From NCBI GenBank assembly GCA_019058445.1, contig JAHPZA010000006.1, positions 448,001 to 512,000 on the forward strand: a stretch of DNA of 64,000 bases, written 5' to 3'. This document shows, piece by piece, positions 19,898-31,370 of the stretch. A model generated the notes under the pieces. The model was given only the letters and a program-made list of their open reading frames with translations, was not told the DNA's origin and searched no databases. Position 1 is the first letter of the stretch. Each line of letters opens with the position of its first letter. The stretch is from Promethearchaeota archaeon. Lineage in GTDB: Archaea; Asgardarchaeota; Lokiarchaeia; Sigyniarchaeales; SOKP01. The translations under genes and the position numbers were made by a program.

Positions 19898-20482
19898 ATG
19901 ACAGATAATTTAGTTAAACTGAAGAAAATCATTACACTTGAAGCCTATAATGAGAATCCAGACACTTATCAACATCTTTTTGAAATTCAGCTTCCCCCTA
20001 AAAACATTAATCTATTTAAAGTCAGACACCATTTTGAAATGGGAACCCCTATGGTTGGCGATCTTGTTCTTGATTTAGAAAGTGAAAAAATGTTAGAGAT
20101 TCACCCCTTCCCAGAATGGGTGGTATTCCTTAAATCATCAACTAAAGTAAAAAGCAAACCATATTTGGTCGTCCCAAATTTTCCTAAATCATTAGTAAAG
20201 AAATTTTCAAGAAAATCTGTAGATGAGAGAATTGGACTAATTCAGAGCGAAATTGGTACTATTACAATAGACGATATAATTGCTTTTGAATATGATATTG
20301 GGATAAATATTTTAGTTCCAGCGTTTATACCTCATTTTTTTATTTCCTCAAAAATTAATAAGGATGCTGGAGAGGAACCACCGTATTTACAAGTATTTGA
20401 GCCAAATTTAGATGTTTTGACCAAAAATCTAAAAGTAAAAATGAGTTATTTCTTTAAACTACCATTTTCAGTTTATATTTAG
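19898..20482 (+). CDS. Hypothetical protein, possible cupin fold
   Basis: EIHPFPE...VPAFIPHFF resemble cupin metal motifs. Confidence 0.5.
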   Translation: MTDNLVKLKKIITLEAYNENPDTYQHLFEIQLPPKNINLFKVRHHFEMGTPMVGDLVLDLESEKMLEIHPFPEWVVFLKSSTKVKSKPYLVVPNFPKSLVKKFSRKSVDERIGLIQSEIGTITIDDIIAFEYDIGINILVPAFIPHFFISSKINKDAGEEPPYLQVFEPNLDVLTKNLKVKMSYFFKLPFSVYI

Positions 20483-20597
20483 AACTCTAATTGCAGTCTT
20501 TTTAAAGACATTAAGGAGTTACCATGTCTAATTTTGCAATAACTCAAATATAAAAATAATTACACTACTACATACTACACCAAATAGGGGATTTATT

Positions 20598-21053
20598 ATG
20601 CATCTCGTATTAACGTTTTTTCATAAGGTAAAAGGACCTGAAATCTTATTATCTTACCCCGAAATTGAATTAGAGGAAGATATAATTGAAAAGTTAATAC
20701 GATTTTTTGACTTAGATATTAATGAGACCTTTTTTGAAATAATTTTGATAAATAAAAAAAAAAGAATAATTAATCTATACTTCGAGGTTATCTCTGAATG
20801 GGCCCGTGGTAATAAAGAACTCGCTATGCTCTCATTGATTATGAAAGAAAAATACGAAAGTAGATTAATTTATACCTTCTTGGTTGATACTGTTCAAAAA
20901 ATCAGATCTAAAGAAAATATTTTTAAAGCTTTTTATAAAAATGATGATTTTCGCTATAATGATATAGAAATTGATTTAGGCTACGAAACAATTAAAAGAA
21001 TTCTATTCGATTGCTTAAATAATTTGATTGATAGATTGAATTCTAAAGTGTAA
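20598..21053 (+). CDS. Longin/uDENN-like protein (paralog of 6430..6942)
   Basis: LTFFHKVKGPEILLSYPE; shared FDLDI.E.FFEI and W.RG..E..MLS blocks. Confidence 0.55.
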   Translation: MHLVLTFFHKVKGPEILLSYPEIELEEDIIEKLIRFFDLDINETFFEIILINKKKRIINLYFEVISEWARGNKELAMLSLIMKEKYESRLIYTFLVDTVQKIRSKENIFKAFYKNDDFRYNDIEIDLGYETIKRILFDCLNNLIDRLNSKV

Positions 21054-21093
21054 TTTGAAAAAAATTTAGAAAGTTAGGTATGCTGTAATTCCC

Positions 21094-21873
21094 CTATATC
21101 TTATTAACGTAATTTAAAAATGCTTTAACAACCATATGAAATTTTGGATCAGGGACGACGGTAAGGTGATCTCTGCCTTGAATTTGGAAATGACAAGCAT
21201 TTGGCACTAATTTTGCAAATAAGGCTTTATCTCCGCGTATAAAATCATCAGAGCCAACAACAGTCAAAACAGGAACAGAAATTTTTTTTAGATTTTTCCG
21301 TATTTTTGCTTTCGAAGTAAACATAACGTCTGGCTGTTGGACATAGGCACTCATTACTGCCGCTAAAGCATTCAAGTTTGCACTCCTCGTTTCAGCAAAT
21401 TTGCGAAATTCCTGAGCAATACGATTTTTAATTTGGTCTACACTTTCCGCCTTAAGTGCCTTAACAATACCTTCATATATAAACGTAGTTGGTTCATCAC
21501 TCAAAGCAAATCCCCCTAGAATTGCACTTTTAACCCTTTTAGATTCATGTAAAAGCGCATTTAATGTAAGGCGTGAGCCCATCGAATAGCCGAAGAAATT
21601 AGCTTTTTCTACCGATAAATGGTCTAAAAGTTTTATCGCATCTTCCATCATTTTTAAACCATATTGGGTGGGATCCGTCGGTTTATCACTTTTTCCATGA
21701 CCACGACAATCCAACAATATCAAACGATTGGAATCCTTTAGAGTTTTTATCCAATTTGTTGCTCTCCAATTATCATCAATATTTGATGCGAATCCATGAA
21801 TCATGATTAAATCTGGACCAGTTCCCTCCATTTCATAATATATTTTAACACCTTCATTATCGAAGTACGGCAT
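21094..21873 (-). CDS. Alpha/beta hydrolase
   Basis: IHGF, DCRGHGKS, GYSMG nucleophile elbow, GSDD, DH. Confidence 0.9.
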   Translation of the reverse strand: MPYFDNEGVKIYYEMEGTGPDLIMIHGFASNIDDNWRATNWIKTLKDSNRLILLDCRGHGKSDKPTDPTQYGLKMMEDAIKLLDHLSVEKANFFGYSMGSRLTLNALLHESKRVKSAILGGFALSDEPTTFIYEGIVKALKAESVDQIKNRIAQEFRKFAETRSANLNALAAVMSAYVQQPDVMFTSKAKIRKNLKKISVPVLTVVGSDDFIRGDKALFAKLVPNACHFQIQGRDHLTVVPDPKFHMVVKAFLNYVNKI

Positions 21874-22159
21874 CTTTTATAATACCTATTTATTTTGATT
21901 TTGAAATATGAGATTTCATTAAATTTTAATTATCTTTGATAAATATAAAACTATTCAATAGATTAAATGAATCTATAAAGTACCTAAAATTAGTTTATAT
22001 TCAAAATAGCTCCTTCTTAGAACCATGATAGTTATTTAAAAATTTAAAAAAAAAATGCAGAAAACTTATGTTAACGCAGTCTCTAGGATTTAATTAAGAA
22101 TAAATACTTGAAAAAAATTATACTATTAAATAACTAAAAAAGATATCATTTAGTTTTTT

Positions 22160-23374
<1,215 letters not shown>

Positions 23375-23457
23375 TTAAAACCTATATTTAAATATAAATA
23401 AAAAAAAGATAATAATTTTATTGAACTATTAGTAGAAAAATCTTATTTTCTTACCTC

Positions 23458-23778
23458 TTATTCTGGGAATGGAGGATGTGGCACCAATAATTCCTGCTTT
23501 TGACTCTCAATTATATTATCAAGACTAGCGGAAAGTTTTTGGTATTCTGGATCTAAAAAGGCTTTTATTGCTATTTTTTCCATTTTTGCTAAACTCTCCC
23601 ATTGGTGTTCGATAATGATTGTATTTGTATCATAAGAGCCAGTTAAGCATCGATAACGTTTTTTAGGAGGATAACCCAATTTATTCTCGATTTCTGTGAA
23701 TTTTTTATCTATAGTTTCAAGTTCTTCCCATTTCCCATTATATATTTTTTGAATTAAACGTTGAATAATTATTACCAT
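23458..23778 (-). CDS. NIPSNAP-like/dimeric alpha-beta barrel protein
   Basis: TIIIEHQWESLAKME...DPEYQ pattern. Confidence 0.5.
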   Translation of the reverse strand: MVIIIQRLIQKIYNGKWEELETIDKKFTEIENKLGYPPKKRYRCLTGSYDTNTIIIEHQWESLAKMEKIAIKAFLDPEYQKLSASLDNIIESQKQELLVPHPPFPE

Positions 23779-23970
23779 TTAAATTTCACCTACTAAAAAT
23801 TGACTTTTTAGTAAATAATACTATGTAACTTGAATATATAAAAATGTCTTTTTAGCATTCTCTTTTTTGAGAATTCTTAAGATCGTGATAATTGGAAAGG
23901 TTCAGAAGAAAATATCATGAAAATATATTAACTCATCAGATCTAATATATTATATTACATCAAAGTAAAA

Positions 23971-24978
23971 GTGAGCTTGTTGGGTAAAATTGTATTTTCA
24001 AAGGCACCAGTGAGAATAAATGATATAGGGGGATGGACTGACACCTGGTTTTATAAAAATGGTGCTGTTTTTAACTTCGCAGTCGACCTTTATAGCCATG
24101 TACGTATTGAAGAAAATAAGACCAAAAGTATCAAAATTGTCTCAGAAAATCTGAATTTATCCACCGAAATTAAAAATTATAATAAAATTGAATATGATGG
24201 AACCTTAGATTTACTAAAAGCAGCAGTTAAAAGAATGGAAATAAAATCTGGATTAAGTATTTTCATTCGTGCAGAATCACCTCCTGGATGCGGTACTGGT
24301 ACAAGCGCAAGTGTAACAGTTGCATTAATTGCTGCCTTATCACGGTATCTTAACAAAAAAATGAGACCCTATCAAATAGCGGAATTAGCTCACAAATTAG
24401 AGACTGAAGAATTGCATTTGGAAAGTGGGGTCCAAGATCAATTCGCAGCAGCATATGGAGGAATTAATTTCATGGAAATTGACTATCCCTCAGTTAACAT
24501 TTCAAATATTAATGTCGATGAGAATAAAATTTGTAAATTAGAAAATCAATTGATTCTCGTGTATTTAAGTTCAAGGAGCTCAAGCAATATGCATAAAGCG
24601 GTTATTAATAATTACGAGAATGGCTTAAAAAGTACCTTAGATGCATTTGAGACCATAAAAAATTGTGCCTATGAAATGAGAAGAGCAATTCATTCAGCCG
24701 ATTTAAAAAAAATAGGAACAATTATGTATAGAAATTGGGAAGCCCAAAAACAACTACATCCTTTAATGGTTAATCCAATAATTGAAAAAACAGAAAGAGT
24801 CGCAAGAGAAAATGGTGCCATTGGTTTTAAATGTAATGGGGCGGGAGGAGGAGGATCTGTAACAATATTAGCTGAAGTAGGAAACGAAGACATCATAAAA
24901 AAAAAATTGAATGAAATTGGATTAAAAATCCTTCCCGCGAAATTAGATTTTAAAGGAGTACAAACGTGGGAAGCTTAA
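23971..24978 (+). CDS. GHMP sugar kinase (HddA/fucokinase-like)
   Basis: APVRINDIGGWTD, PPGCGTGTS, GVQDQ, GAGGGG. Confidence 0.85.
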   Translation: MSLLGKIVFSKAPVRINDIGGWTDTWFYKNGAVFNFAVDLYSHVRIEENKTKSIKIVSENLNLSTEIKNYNKIEYDGTLDLLKAAVKRMEIKSGLSIFIRAESPPGCGTGTSASVTVALIAALSRYLNKKMRPYQIAELAHKLETEELHLESGVQDQFAAAYGGINFMEIDYPSVNISNINVDENKICKLENQLILVYLSSRSSSNMHKAVINNYENGLKSTLDAFETIKNCAYEMRRAIHSADLKKIGTIMYRNWEAQKQLHPLMVNPIIEKTERVARENGAIGFKCNGAGGGGSVTILAEVGNEDIIKKKLNEIGLKILPAKLDFKGVQTWEA

Positions 24979-25112
24979 AAATCTCTTGTTATTAAAAAGA
25001 TTTAGAATGTAAAAATCTTACCATAATGATGATATTTTTTTATTGAATAGAATATATTTTATTTTATTAAAATCTAAAAAAGAGTATTCGAAAAAAAAAA
25101 GAGTAGGTCATA

Positions 25113-25937
25113 ATGTCACCAATAGATGTAAATTCAGTAGGACAAACAAGAGAGGGAACATTTAAGTATGATTGGAAAACATGTGCCTTGTATAATTTAG
25201 GAATTGGTGCACAAGCAGAAGATTTACCCTTTGTATATGAGAATGTACAAGGGGGCATGAAAGTGTTTCCAAGTTTCGCCACCATTGTAGCGGGGAGCGG
25301 ACTGCTTTTCCCAAAAGGAACTGATTTTGTTCGATTATTACATGGGGAGCAATTAATCCGTCTTTATGCACCTTTTAATCCAAAAGGAACAATAAAAACA
25401 AAAGGAGTTATAGAACATATATACGATAAAAGTAAAGCCGCTGTCATCCATACAAAAATATCTGGATATTCAAAAGATAAACAGATATTTGACACAATGT
25501 ATGTCTTTTTCGTTGGTGGGGCAGGTGGTTTCGGTGGAGACCCAGGACCAAAAACTGTGCCTATTGTTCCTCCCGATGGTGTAGAGCCAGATTTTAGCAT
25601 TTCTTATCAGACCGATAAAAATCAAGCAGCATTTTATAGATTAAATGGAGATTATAATCCACTACATATTGATCCGAAATTTGCTAAAATGGCTGGTCAA
25701 CCAAAACCAATTCTCCATGGTTTGTGTACTTACGGAATTGCTACACGTTCTATTGTATATGGACTATGTGATGGGGATGTTTCTCGCTTTAAAGAATTCA
25801 ATGCGAGATTTAAAGGAGTTGTATTTCCTGGAGAGACCCTTACGACTGAAGGTTGGAAAGATAACGGACGTTACATAATTCAAGTTCGAAAGGAAAACAC
25901 CGTAGTCCTAGGGAACGCTTATGCTATTGTAGAGTAA
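25113..25937 (+). CDS. MaoC-type (R)-specific enoyl-CoA hydratase 2
   Basis: YRLNGDYNPLHID...PILHGLCTYG hydratase-2 motif. Confidence 0.92.
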   Translation: MSPIDVNSVGQTREGTFKYDWKTCALYNLGIGAQAEDLPFVYENVQGGMKVFPSFATIVAGSGLLFPKGTDFVRLLHGEQLIRLYAPFNPKGTIKTKGVIEHIYDKSKAAVIHTKISGYSKDKQIFDTMYVFFVGGAGGFGGDPGPKTVPIVPPDGVEPDFSISYQTDKNQAAFYRLNGDYNPLHIDPKFAKMAGQPKPILHGLCTYGIATRSIVYGLCDGDVSRFKEFNARFKGVVFPGETLTTEGWKDNGRYIIQVRKENTVVLGNAYAIVE

Positions 25938-26025
25938 ATATTTTAAAATTAATCAAAATCTTTTTTATTTTTAATTTAATTTTCGTAATCCTTATTTGTA
26001 ATTAGGTTGAAATAAAATTACAATC

Positions 26026-27981
26026 ATGGAACTCTTTAAAGCCTTAAAAAAGATAATTAAAGACGAAAAGAACTTTTGTGAGAATTACATAAGAATTTCT
26101 CTATTATTAAACACATTAGTAATAATATTCTCTTCTATTTACGAATTAGGTTTTATGTTTTCTATTTACGGTCAAATTGTAGGGATTCTTTTCTTACTAA
26201 CTTTTTTCTCTAATTTAGGTTTGATTTATTTGAACGATAGATACATGAATAAATACATTAAAAAGATTCGAAAATTTCAACTATTGAATTATGGATATTT
26301 GATTACCGCTATAATTACAGTTATGACCTTGATGAGTTTGGGTTTAGGAAATGTAAAAAGACAGCCTTTTCAACCAGTCTACTACTTTCTATTTTGCTAT
26401 GCTTTTTATATTTCATATTTAGATTATCAACATTTCATAAAAATTGAAGGAGATAATACGAGGAGATCCACCCAAATGGAGCAAAACAGAAAAATTTTGA
26501 GACTTTTTGTAATTCTTTTCTTTCTTTTAATACCTTTTATTACAGGATTCTATCTTTTTAATCTATCATTAAGTGAAACTCAACAAAGTTCGAATTTAGT
26601 ACTTACAAATCTAGGACCCATCCTCTTTCTTGTAATTATCATATTTCTTCCAATAATTAGTTTGCTCCTTTTAAAATATAATTGGAAACAGCCTAATTTT
26701 TTATCAACGATCATTGGACTTTTAAAAGTACTTTTAATATCTCTATGTCTTATTACTTTTATTTTTGCTGGTACTTTTGCTTTTAATATGTTATCAAGTG
26801 GAGTACCCTTACATATAATCTTCTATTTGATTAATTTTATTCTTCCGGCTTTTTTCGCTTTACTCATTTTGATAATTCCAACAGTAACATTGCTGTTGCA
26901 TAAAACAATTCCACGGAGTTGGAAAAAAATTGGTAAGGCATTTACCATCGTTGGAATTTTTCTGACTGTTACTTTATCTCTTCCATTTATTACAGCACCT
27001 ATTACAATAATTGACGCAAATAATCAATTCGCTAAAGCATTTGGAAAGAATTGGAATAAATTTGATCCAGATGTGGAAGAAGAATTCTTAGATATGCCTT
27101 ATGTCTTAATTCAATCTTGGTTTGGAGAACCCAAACTTGATCCTGATTCATGGAAATTAGATGCTAAACACGTTTATAAAGAGACAGAAGATTATAGATT
27201 GAAATTTGATGTGTATTATCCTGGTAAAGTAGCAGCCCAACATATTGGAAAAAAAGCTACAATAATCTTTATCCACGGTGGAGGTTGGTCAAGGAGAGAA
27301 AGAGAAACTGGAGCGCCTTATCTTAGATATTTTGCGGCTCACGGTTATGTGTGTTTTACAATAGATTATAGATTATTAGAAGTTGATGGCTCTCCCGACA
27401 AAAGTTTTGTAGGTGATTATAATATTGAGCATATGATGAGGGATATAGCAAATTTTACCCAATATTTGGCAGTAAATGAGCAGAAAAAAGTGGTTCATGG
27501 AGCGGATTTAGATAATGTATTTCTTATAGGGCAGTCAGCTGGTGCTCACCTAGCAGCTGTTACCGGCTTTGGTTATAATGATGATGAGTGGGGGCTTGAC
27601 CAGCGATTAAAAATTAAAGGCATAGTTTTATTTTATCCTCCAAATGATGCTCGTCAGTTTTTTTATGGAAATGTTTTGTATGATGCGGGTATTAGCAAAT
27701 ATAAAACCCCAACTGAAGATCCCGATTTTTATGATTTATACACCCCAAGTAAACTAGTCGATAAAGATGATCCTACTTGTCTCATCTTCCAAGGCACATC
27801 AGATACTTACGTACCATATATAAATGCTGAACAGATAAAGAAAGCCTGTGAAAAAGAAGATGTAGATGTGATATTGGTAACAACCTATTTTCTTGGACAT
27901 GCTCATGACATCAGTGTTTTAGTTAAGACAATGGCGCTCTACTACATGGAGAGATTCTTCTATCTAATAAAAGAAGATTAA
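26026..27981 (+). CDS. Multi-TM membrane-anchored esterase/lipase
   Basis: About 9 N-terminal TM helices; HGGGW, GQSAG, D and H triad residues. Confidence 0.8.
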   Translation: MELFKALKKIIKDEKNFCENYIRISLLLNTLVIIFSSIYELGFMFSIYGQIVGILFLLTFFSNLGLIYLNDRYMNKYIKKIRKFQLLNYGYLITAIITVMTLMSLGLGNVKRQPFQPVYYFLFCYAFYISYLDYQHFIKIEGDNTRRSTQMEQNRKILRLFVILFFLLIPFITGFYLFNLSLSETQQSSNLVLTNLGPILFLVIIIFLPIISLLLLKYNWKQPNFLSTIIGLLKVLLISLCLITFIFAGTFAFNMLSSGVPLHIIFYLINFILPAFFALLILIIPTVTLLLHKTIPRSWKKIGKAFTIVGIFLTVTLSLPFITAPITIIDANNQFAKAFGKNWNKFDPDVEEEFLDMPYVLIQSWFGEPKLDPDSWKLDAKHVYKETEDYRLKFDVYYPGKVAAQHIGKKATIIFIHGGGWSRRERETGAPYLRYFAAHGYVCFTIDYRLLEVDGSPDKSFVGDYNIEHMMRDIANFTQYLAVNEQKKVVHGADLDNVFLIGQSAGAHLAAVTGFGYNDDEWGLDQRLKIKGIVLFYPPNDARQFFYGNVLYDAGISKYKTPTEDPDFYDLYTPSKLVDKDDPTCLIFQGTSDTYVPYINAEQIKKACEKEDVDVILVTTYFLGHAHDISVLVKTMALYYMERFFYLIKED

Positions 27982-28201
27982 AGTTCATTTATCACACAAT
28001 TTCATTCTAAACTACTTAGGGTAATTCTTTAAATCTAGGGATTACTTTCATCAGAATCAGACTTAGAACTTTATTTTATAAAAGAAAATAATTTAAATGA
28101 TTCTAATATTATTATTTTACAATTGAGTATTACTACACATTTTAATGACATACCAACTGAAATAGTTCAAAAACCTTACATAACTTAGGAGAAATAGCAA
28201 T

Positions 28202-29005
28202 TTGGAGTCAATTTTACCTTTTAGGCACGAAGATGAAAAAACTGTTTTGAATAGTATCCATCCTGTAGTCAGATTGGGGTTACCCTTTATTTTTGTAGTT
28301 CCGTTTCTTCTTGTTGAAAATCTTTTTTTAATTTATAGCTATATCTTGCTAACATTAATTTTTATTATAATCACCCGCTTAAATCTCTCAAGGATTTTGA
28401 AAAGATTAAAAAATGTCATTCCTTTTATCCTGGTAATCACTATTTTTTTACCATTGTATTTAGGAGAGACAATCCTTTTTCAGATTAATATCGGAATATC
28501 AATAAATATCTATGAAGAAGGAATATATAGAGCTTTTTTCCTTTTTATGAGAATATTCGCTGCTACATTTATCTTTATGTCGTTTTTCTCTTCTTTAACA
28601 TATTCAGAATTTATTGAGGCACTTACTTCATTAAAATTACCGGCGTTTTTCGTTGGGAGTTTCATAATAATGCTGCATTACATTCCAATCATTGCAACTT
28701 CAAATAAAAAGATATTGGAGGCTCAAGAACTGCGGGGAAAGAAAATAACAAATTATTGGCAAAGACTGAAAGTACACGCGTTTATTATGGGAAAAAGTTT
28801 AGTAGCAAATATGGAACGTAGTGAACATTTATATGAAAGTCTGAAAATGAGGGGTTTTTCTGGTGAACTGACCTTTGCGCCCAAGAAAATTAGAGTCTAT
28901 GATTTCATAATTCTTTTGGTCTTTATACTCATTAGTGTGTATTTATTTTATTTTTTAAATTTAGAAAATATTTATGCGGAGGTTTTCAAATTATTTTTGC
29001 TGTAG
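28202..29005 (+). CDS. cbiQ: ECF transporter T component CbiQ/NikQ
   Basis: AQELRG and SLKMRGF Arg motifs; TM helices. Confidence 0.88.
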   Translation: MESILPFRHEDEKTVLNSIHPVVRLGLPFIFVVPFLLVENLFLIYSYILLTLIFIIITRLNLSRILKRLKNVIPFILVITIFLPLYLGETILFQINIGISINIYEEGIYRAFFLFMRIFAATFIFMSFFSSLTYSEFIEALTSLKLPAFFVGSFIIMLHYIPIIATSNKKILEAQELRGKKITNYWQRLKVHAFIMGKSLVANMERSEHLYESLKMRGFSGELTFAPKKIRVYDFIILLVFILISVYLFYFLNLENIYAEVFKLFLL

Positions 29006-29769
29006 AAGTAAAAAATTTAAATTTTCAATATAATTCTAAGTTTAGTATTCAGGATTTATCAATGAGAATTGAAGAGAACTCTAAATATGCTTTAACCGGA
29101 AATAACGGGGCTGGTAAGACCACGTTATTAAGATTATTGGTAGGTTTATTACGACCAAAATCTGGTACAATTAAAATCTTTGATAAAGCTCTTACCAGAA
29201 AAAAGAAAGATTTATGGCAAATCAGACAAAATATTGGATTTTTATTCCAAAATCCAGATGATCAACTTTTTGCTCCAACTATAGAAGAAGATGTGAGCTT
29301 TGGAGCACGAAATTTAAAACTTGAACCAGAAGAGGTTAAAAGACGCGTTAAATGGGCATTAGAAGCAGTAGATTTAGTAGATTTTAAGGATTTTTCACCC
29401 TTTAATCTATCATGGGGCCAAAAAAAAAGAGCATGCTTGGCAGGATTGCTTGTGATGAAGCCAAAATTATTGATATTGGACGAACCCTTCGCAAATCTTG
29501 ATTTTAAATCAATCATTAACCATCTTGCTATAATAGAAAGATTACGGAAAGAAGAAAATATGACAATTTTATTTACTTCACATAATTTGTTCTTTGTAGA
29601 GCACTGGGCTGATGAGATGCTAGTCTTAAATGAAGGAAGAGGAATTTTTGAGGGACATCCTAGAGAGGGATTGAACCTTCCTAATATTAGAGAAATTATG
29701 GGATCTTACGACGAGATTAGAGATTTAATTCAAAATCACAATTCTAACCAAAAACAATTGATATTTTAA
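28990..29769 (+). CDS. cbiO: ECF ABC ATPase CbiO/NikO (probable ATT start upstream of ATG 29062)
   Basis: GNNGAGKT, FQNPDDQLF, LSWGQ, LDEP; in-frame IIFAVEVKNLNFQY N-terminus after GGAGGT SD. Confidence 0.88.
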   Translation: MIFAVEVKNLNFQYNSKFSIQDLSMRIEENSKYALTGNNGAGKTTLLRLLVGLLRPKSGTIKIFDKALTRKKKDLWQIRQNIGFLFQNPDDQLFAPTIEEDVSFGARNLKLEPEEVKRRVKWALEAVDLVDFKDFSPFNLSWGQKKRACLAGLLVMKPKLLILDEPFANLDFKSIINHLAIIERLRKEENMTILFTSHNLFFVEHWADEMLVLNEGRGIFEGHPREGLNLPNIREIMGSYDEIRDLIQNHNSNQKQLIF

Positions 29770-29870
29770 ATAAAAAGGTTTTACCAGTACTATAAATCTT
29801 AAATTTTATTTTTTTAATTGCTTAAATAAAACCACAAAATTTTTTACTTTCAATTTCTATAATCATTCTT

Positions 29871-30180
29871 GGGAAAGCGATGATGGAATAACTGCGCTTC
29901 GAGGGCACATATGATCGAAGATGAGTATGTGTGCAAAACGGCGCAAACATCCAGAGTTTAATAATCAGTAAGTAAAAAACTGCAAGCAAAATGGGCTCTT
30001 AACTAAGCGATGATAGGTATCAATGCGATGAAGTGGAAGCCAGTTACCCAGATTGCAGATATGATTATGCCCCATAAAGGCATGAAATTAACGCCTAACA
30101 CGAGAGAACTTATTCGATTTTAAGGGAAAATCCTTAAAATGAGAAGTAAGAGTTAGTGCTTTAGGCAACAATAATGCTGA
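29871..30180 (+). ncRNA. Candidate ~310-nt structured ncRNA with C/D-box-like motifs
   Basis: GC-enriched intergenic island with several nested helices; 5' AUGAUGG, 3' CUGA followed by a T8 tract; no ORF. Confidence 0.6.
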
Positions 30181-30204
30181 ATTTTTTTTAAAAAGAAATA
30201 ATTT

Positions 30205-30675
30205 TTAGAAACCAATTGAGTCTGGACTAAATAATTCTTTTAATTCATCGCTGATGGCTTCTTGATCGCTACTTTTTAGGTAACTTTCTAACACAGATGC
30301 AATTTTTGGTGCCCATTTTTTTATGAGAGCACGTACAAAGCCAATTTGAACATTTAGATCAGTCGCTAAACATAATACACCTTTTCCAGTTTTCACAGAA
30401 AAAATTAATCCCTTATCATATTCTGTAATTTGAGTTTTTATGTTTCCATATCCTAAAATAAGCCCTTGTTCTTCTCCAGCTGTAAAAACAGCTCCACCAA
30501 TGGCTCCAATTTTTTCAACAGAAATATCTTTGTTCCCAGAGAAGCTAAATTTAGATTGACTTAAAATAGTGAGGCCTGTATCATCGATAATAATCGCATG
30601 TTTTAATCCTGCGGTACTATTAATTATATTAGTAAGGATTTTCTTTAAAATGGCCTCGTCCTGAGAATAACTCAA
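30205..30675 (-). CDS. Roadblock/LC7 (MglB/LAMTOR-like) protein
   Basis: AIIIDDTGLTI...IGAIGGAVF...ITEYDKGLIF...NVQIGFV. Confidence 0.85.
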   Translation of the reverse strand: MSYSQDEAILKKILTNIINSTAGLKHAIIIDDTGLTILSQSKFSFSGNKDISVEKIGAIGGAVFTAGEEQGLILGYGNIKTQITEYDKGLIFSVKTGKGVLCLATDLNVQIGFVRALIKKWAPKIASVLESYLKSSDQEAISDELKELFSPDSIGF

Positions 30676-30912
30676 AATTACGTCAACCTTCTTAATGCTT
30701 TTCTCTTTTCTATTTTATTATGGAGAGTAATTTATATTTATTGTTTCTATAACTTATAACTTATTTATTTAAACCTAACTCTAAAATGTAGCCTAATTAA
30801 TTCCTAAATAATATAAATAAAATTTAGTATATAAATATCGATTAATCTCCCTTTTATTCTTCTGAACATCGCGAAATAATTTTAATGGTTTTTTCCTGCA
30901 TATCTATATGCG

Positions 30913-31248
30913 CTAAAATAGACCTTGAGTTTCAATAAGCTTCTTTAATTTTTTGAAGCATATAATATTTCTATAAGACTTTTCCAGTAATAACATTAGT
31001 TTTATTTCTTTTGATTTATCCAAATCTCTTTTCACCTTAAGATACCCGTTCTCTTCTATAAAGTCTCGCTTATTTGAAATTGCTGATAATGCCAATATAT
31101 TTTCTTGAATATGAAAACCTTGAGGAATTTTTGAAGCTATCATAAATCCATGGCGATCGCATAGTATTCCAGCAATAAAATTTGGAAACATTTGCTTAAT
31201 TTCAGACAGAAAATAGTTAACATCCGATTGATTAATTAATTTTTCCAA
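30913..31248 (-). CDS. Roadblock-like protein
   Basis: AGILCDRHGFMIASKIP. Confidence 0.6.
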   Translation of the reverse strand: MEKLINQSDVNYFLSEIKQMFPNFIAGILCDRHGFMIASKIPQGFHIQENILALSAISNKRDFIEENGYLKVKRDLDKSKEIKLMLLLEKSYRNIICFKKLKKLIETQGLF

Positions 31249-31370
31249 TAAACTTTCACTTAACCCATTAATTTTTTAATTAATAGGTAAAAATTAGAAA
31301 AACAAATCTTAAAATGGTATAATATGAAGATAACATGAAAAGAATCGAAAAGATAATGAGGTGTAAATAT

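Noticed and set aside
29871-30180. SRP RNA or RNase P RNA (size fits)
   Set aside because: No helix-8 CAGG-nnn-GNAA-nnn-AGCA motif and no GAGGAAnnUCC / ACAnAAnnnGGCUUA motifs seen on either strand
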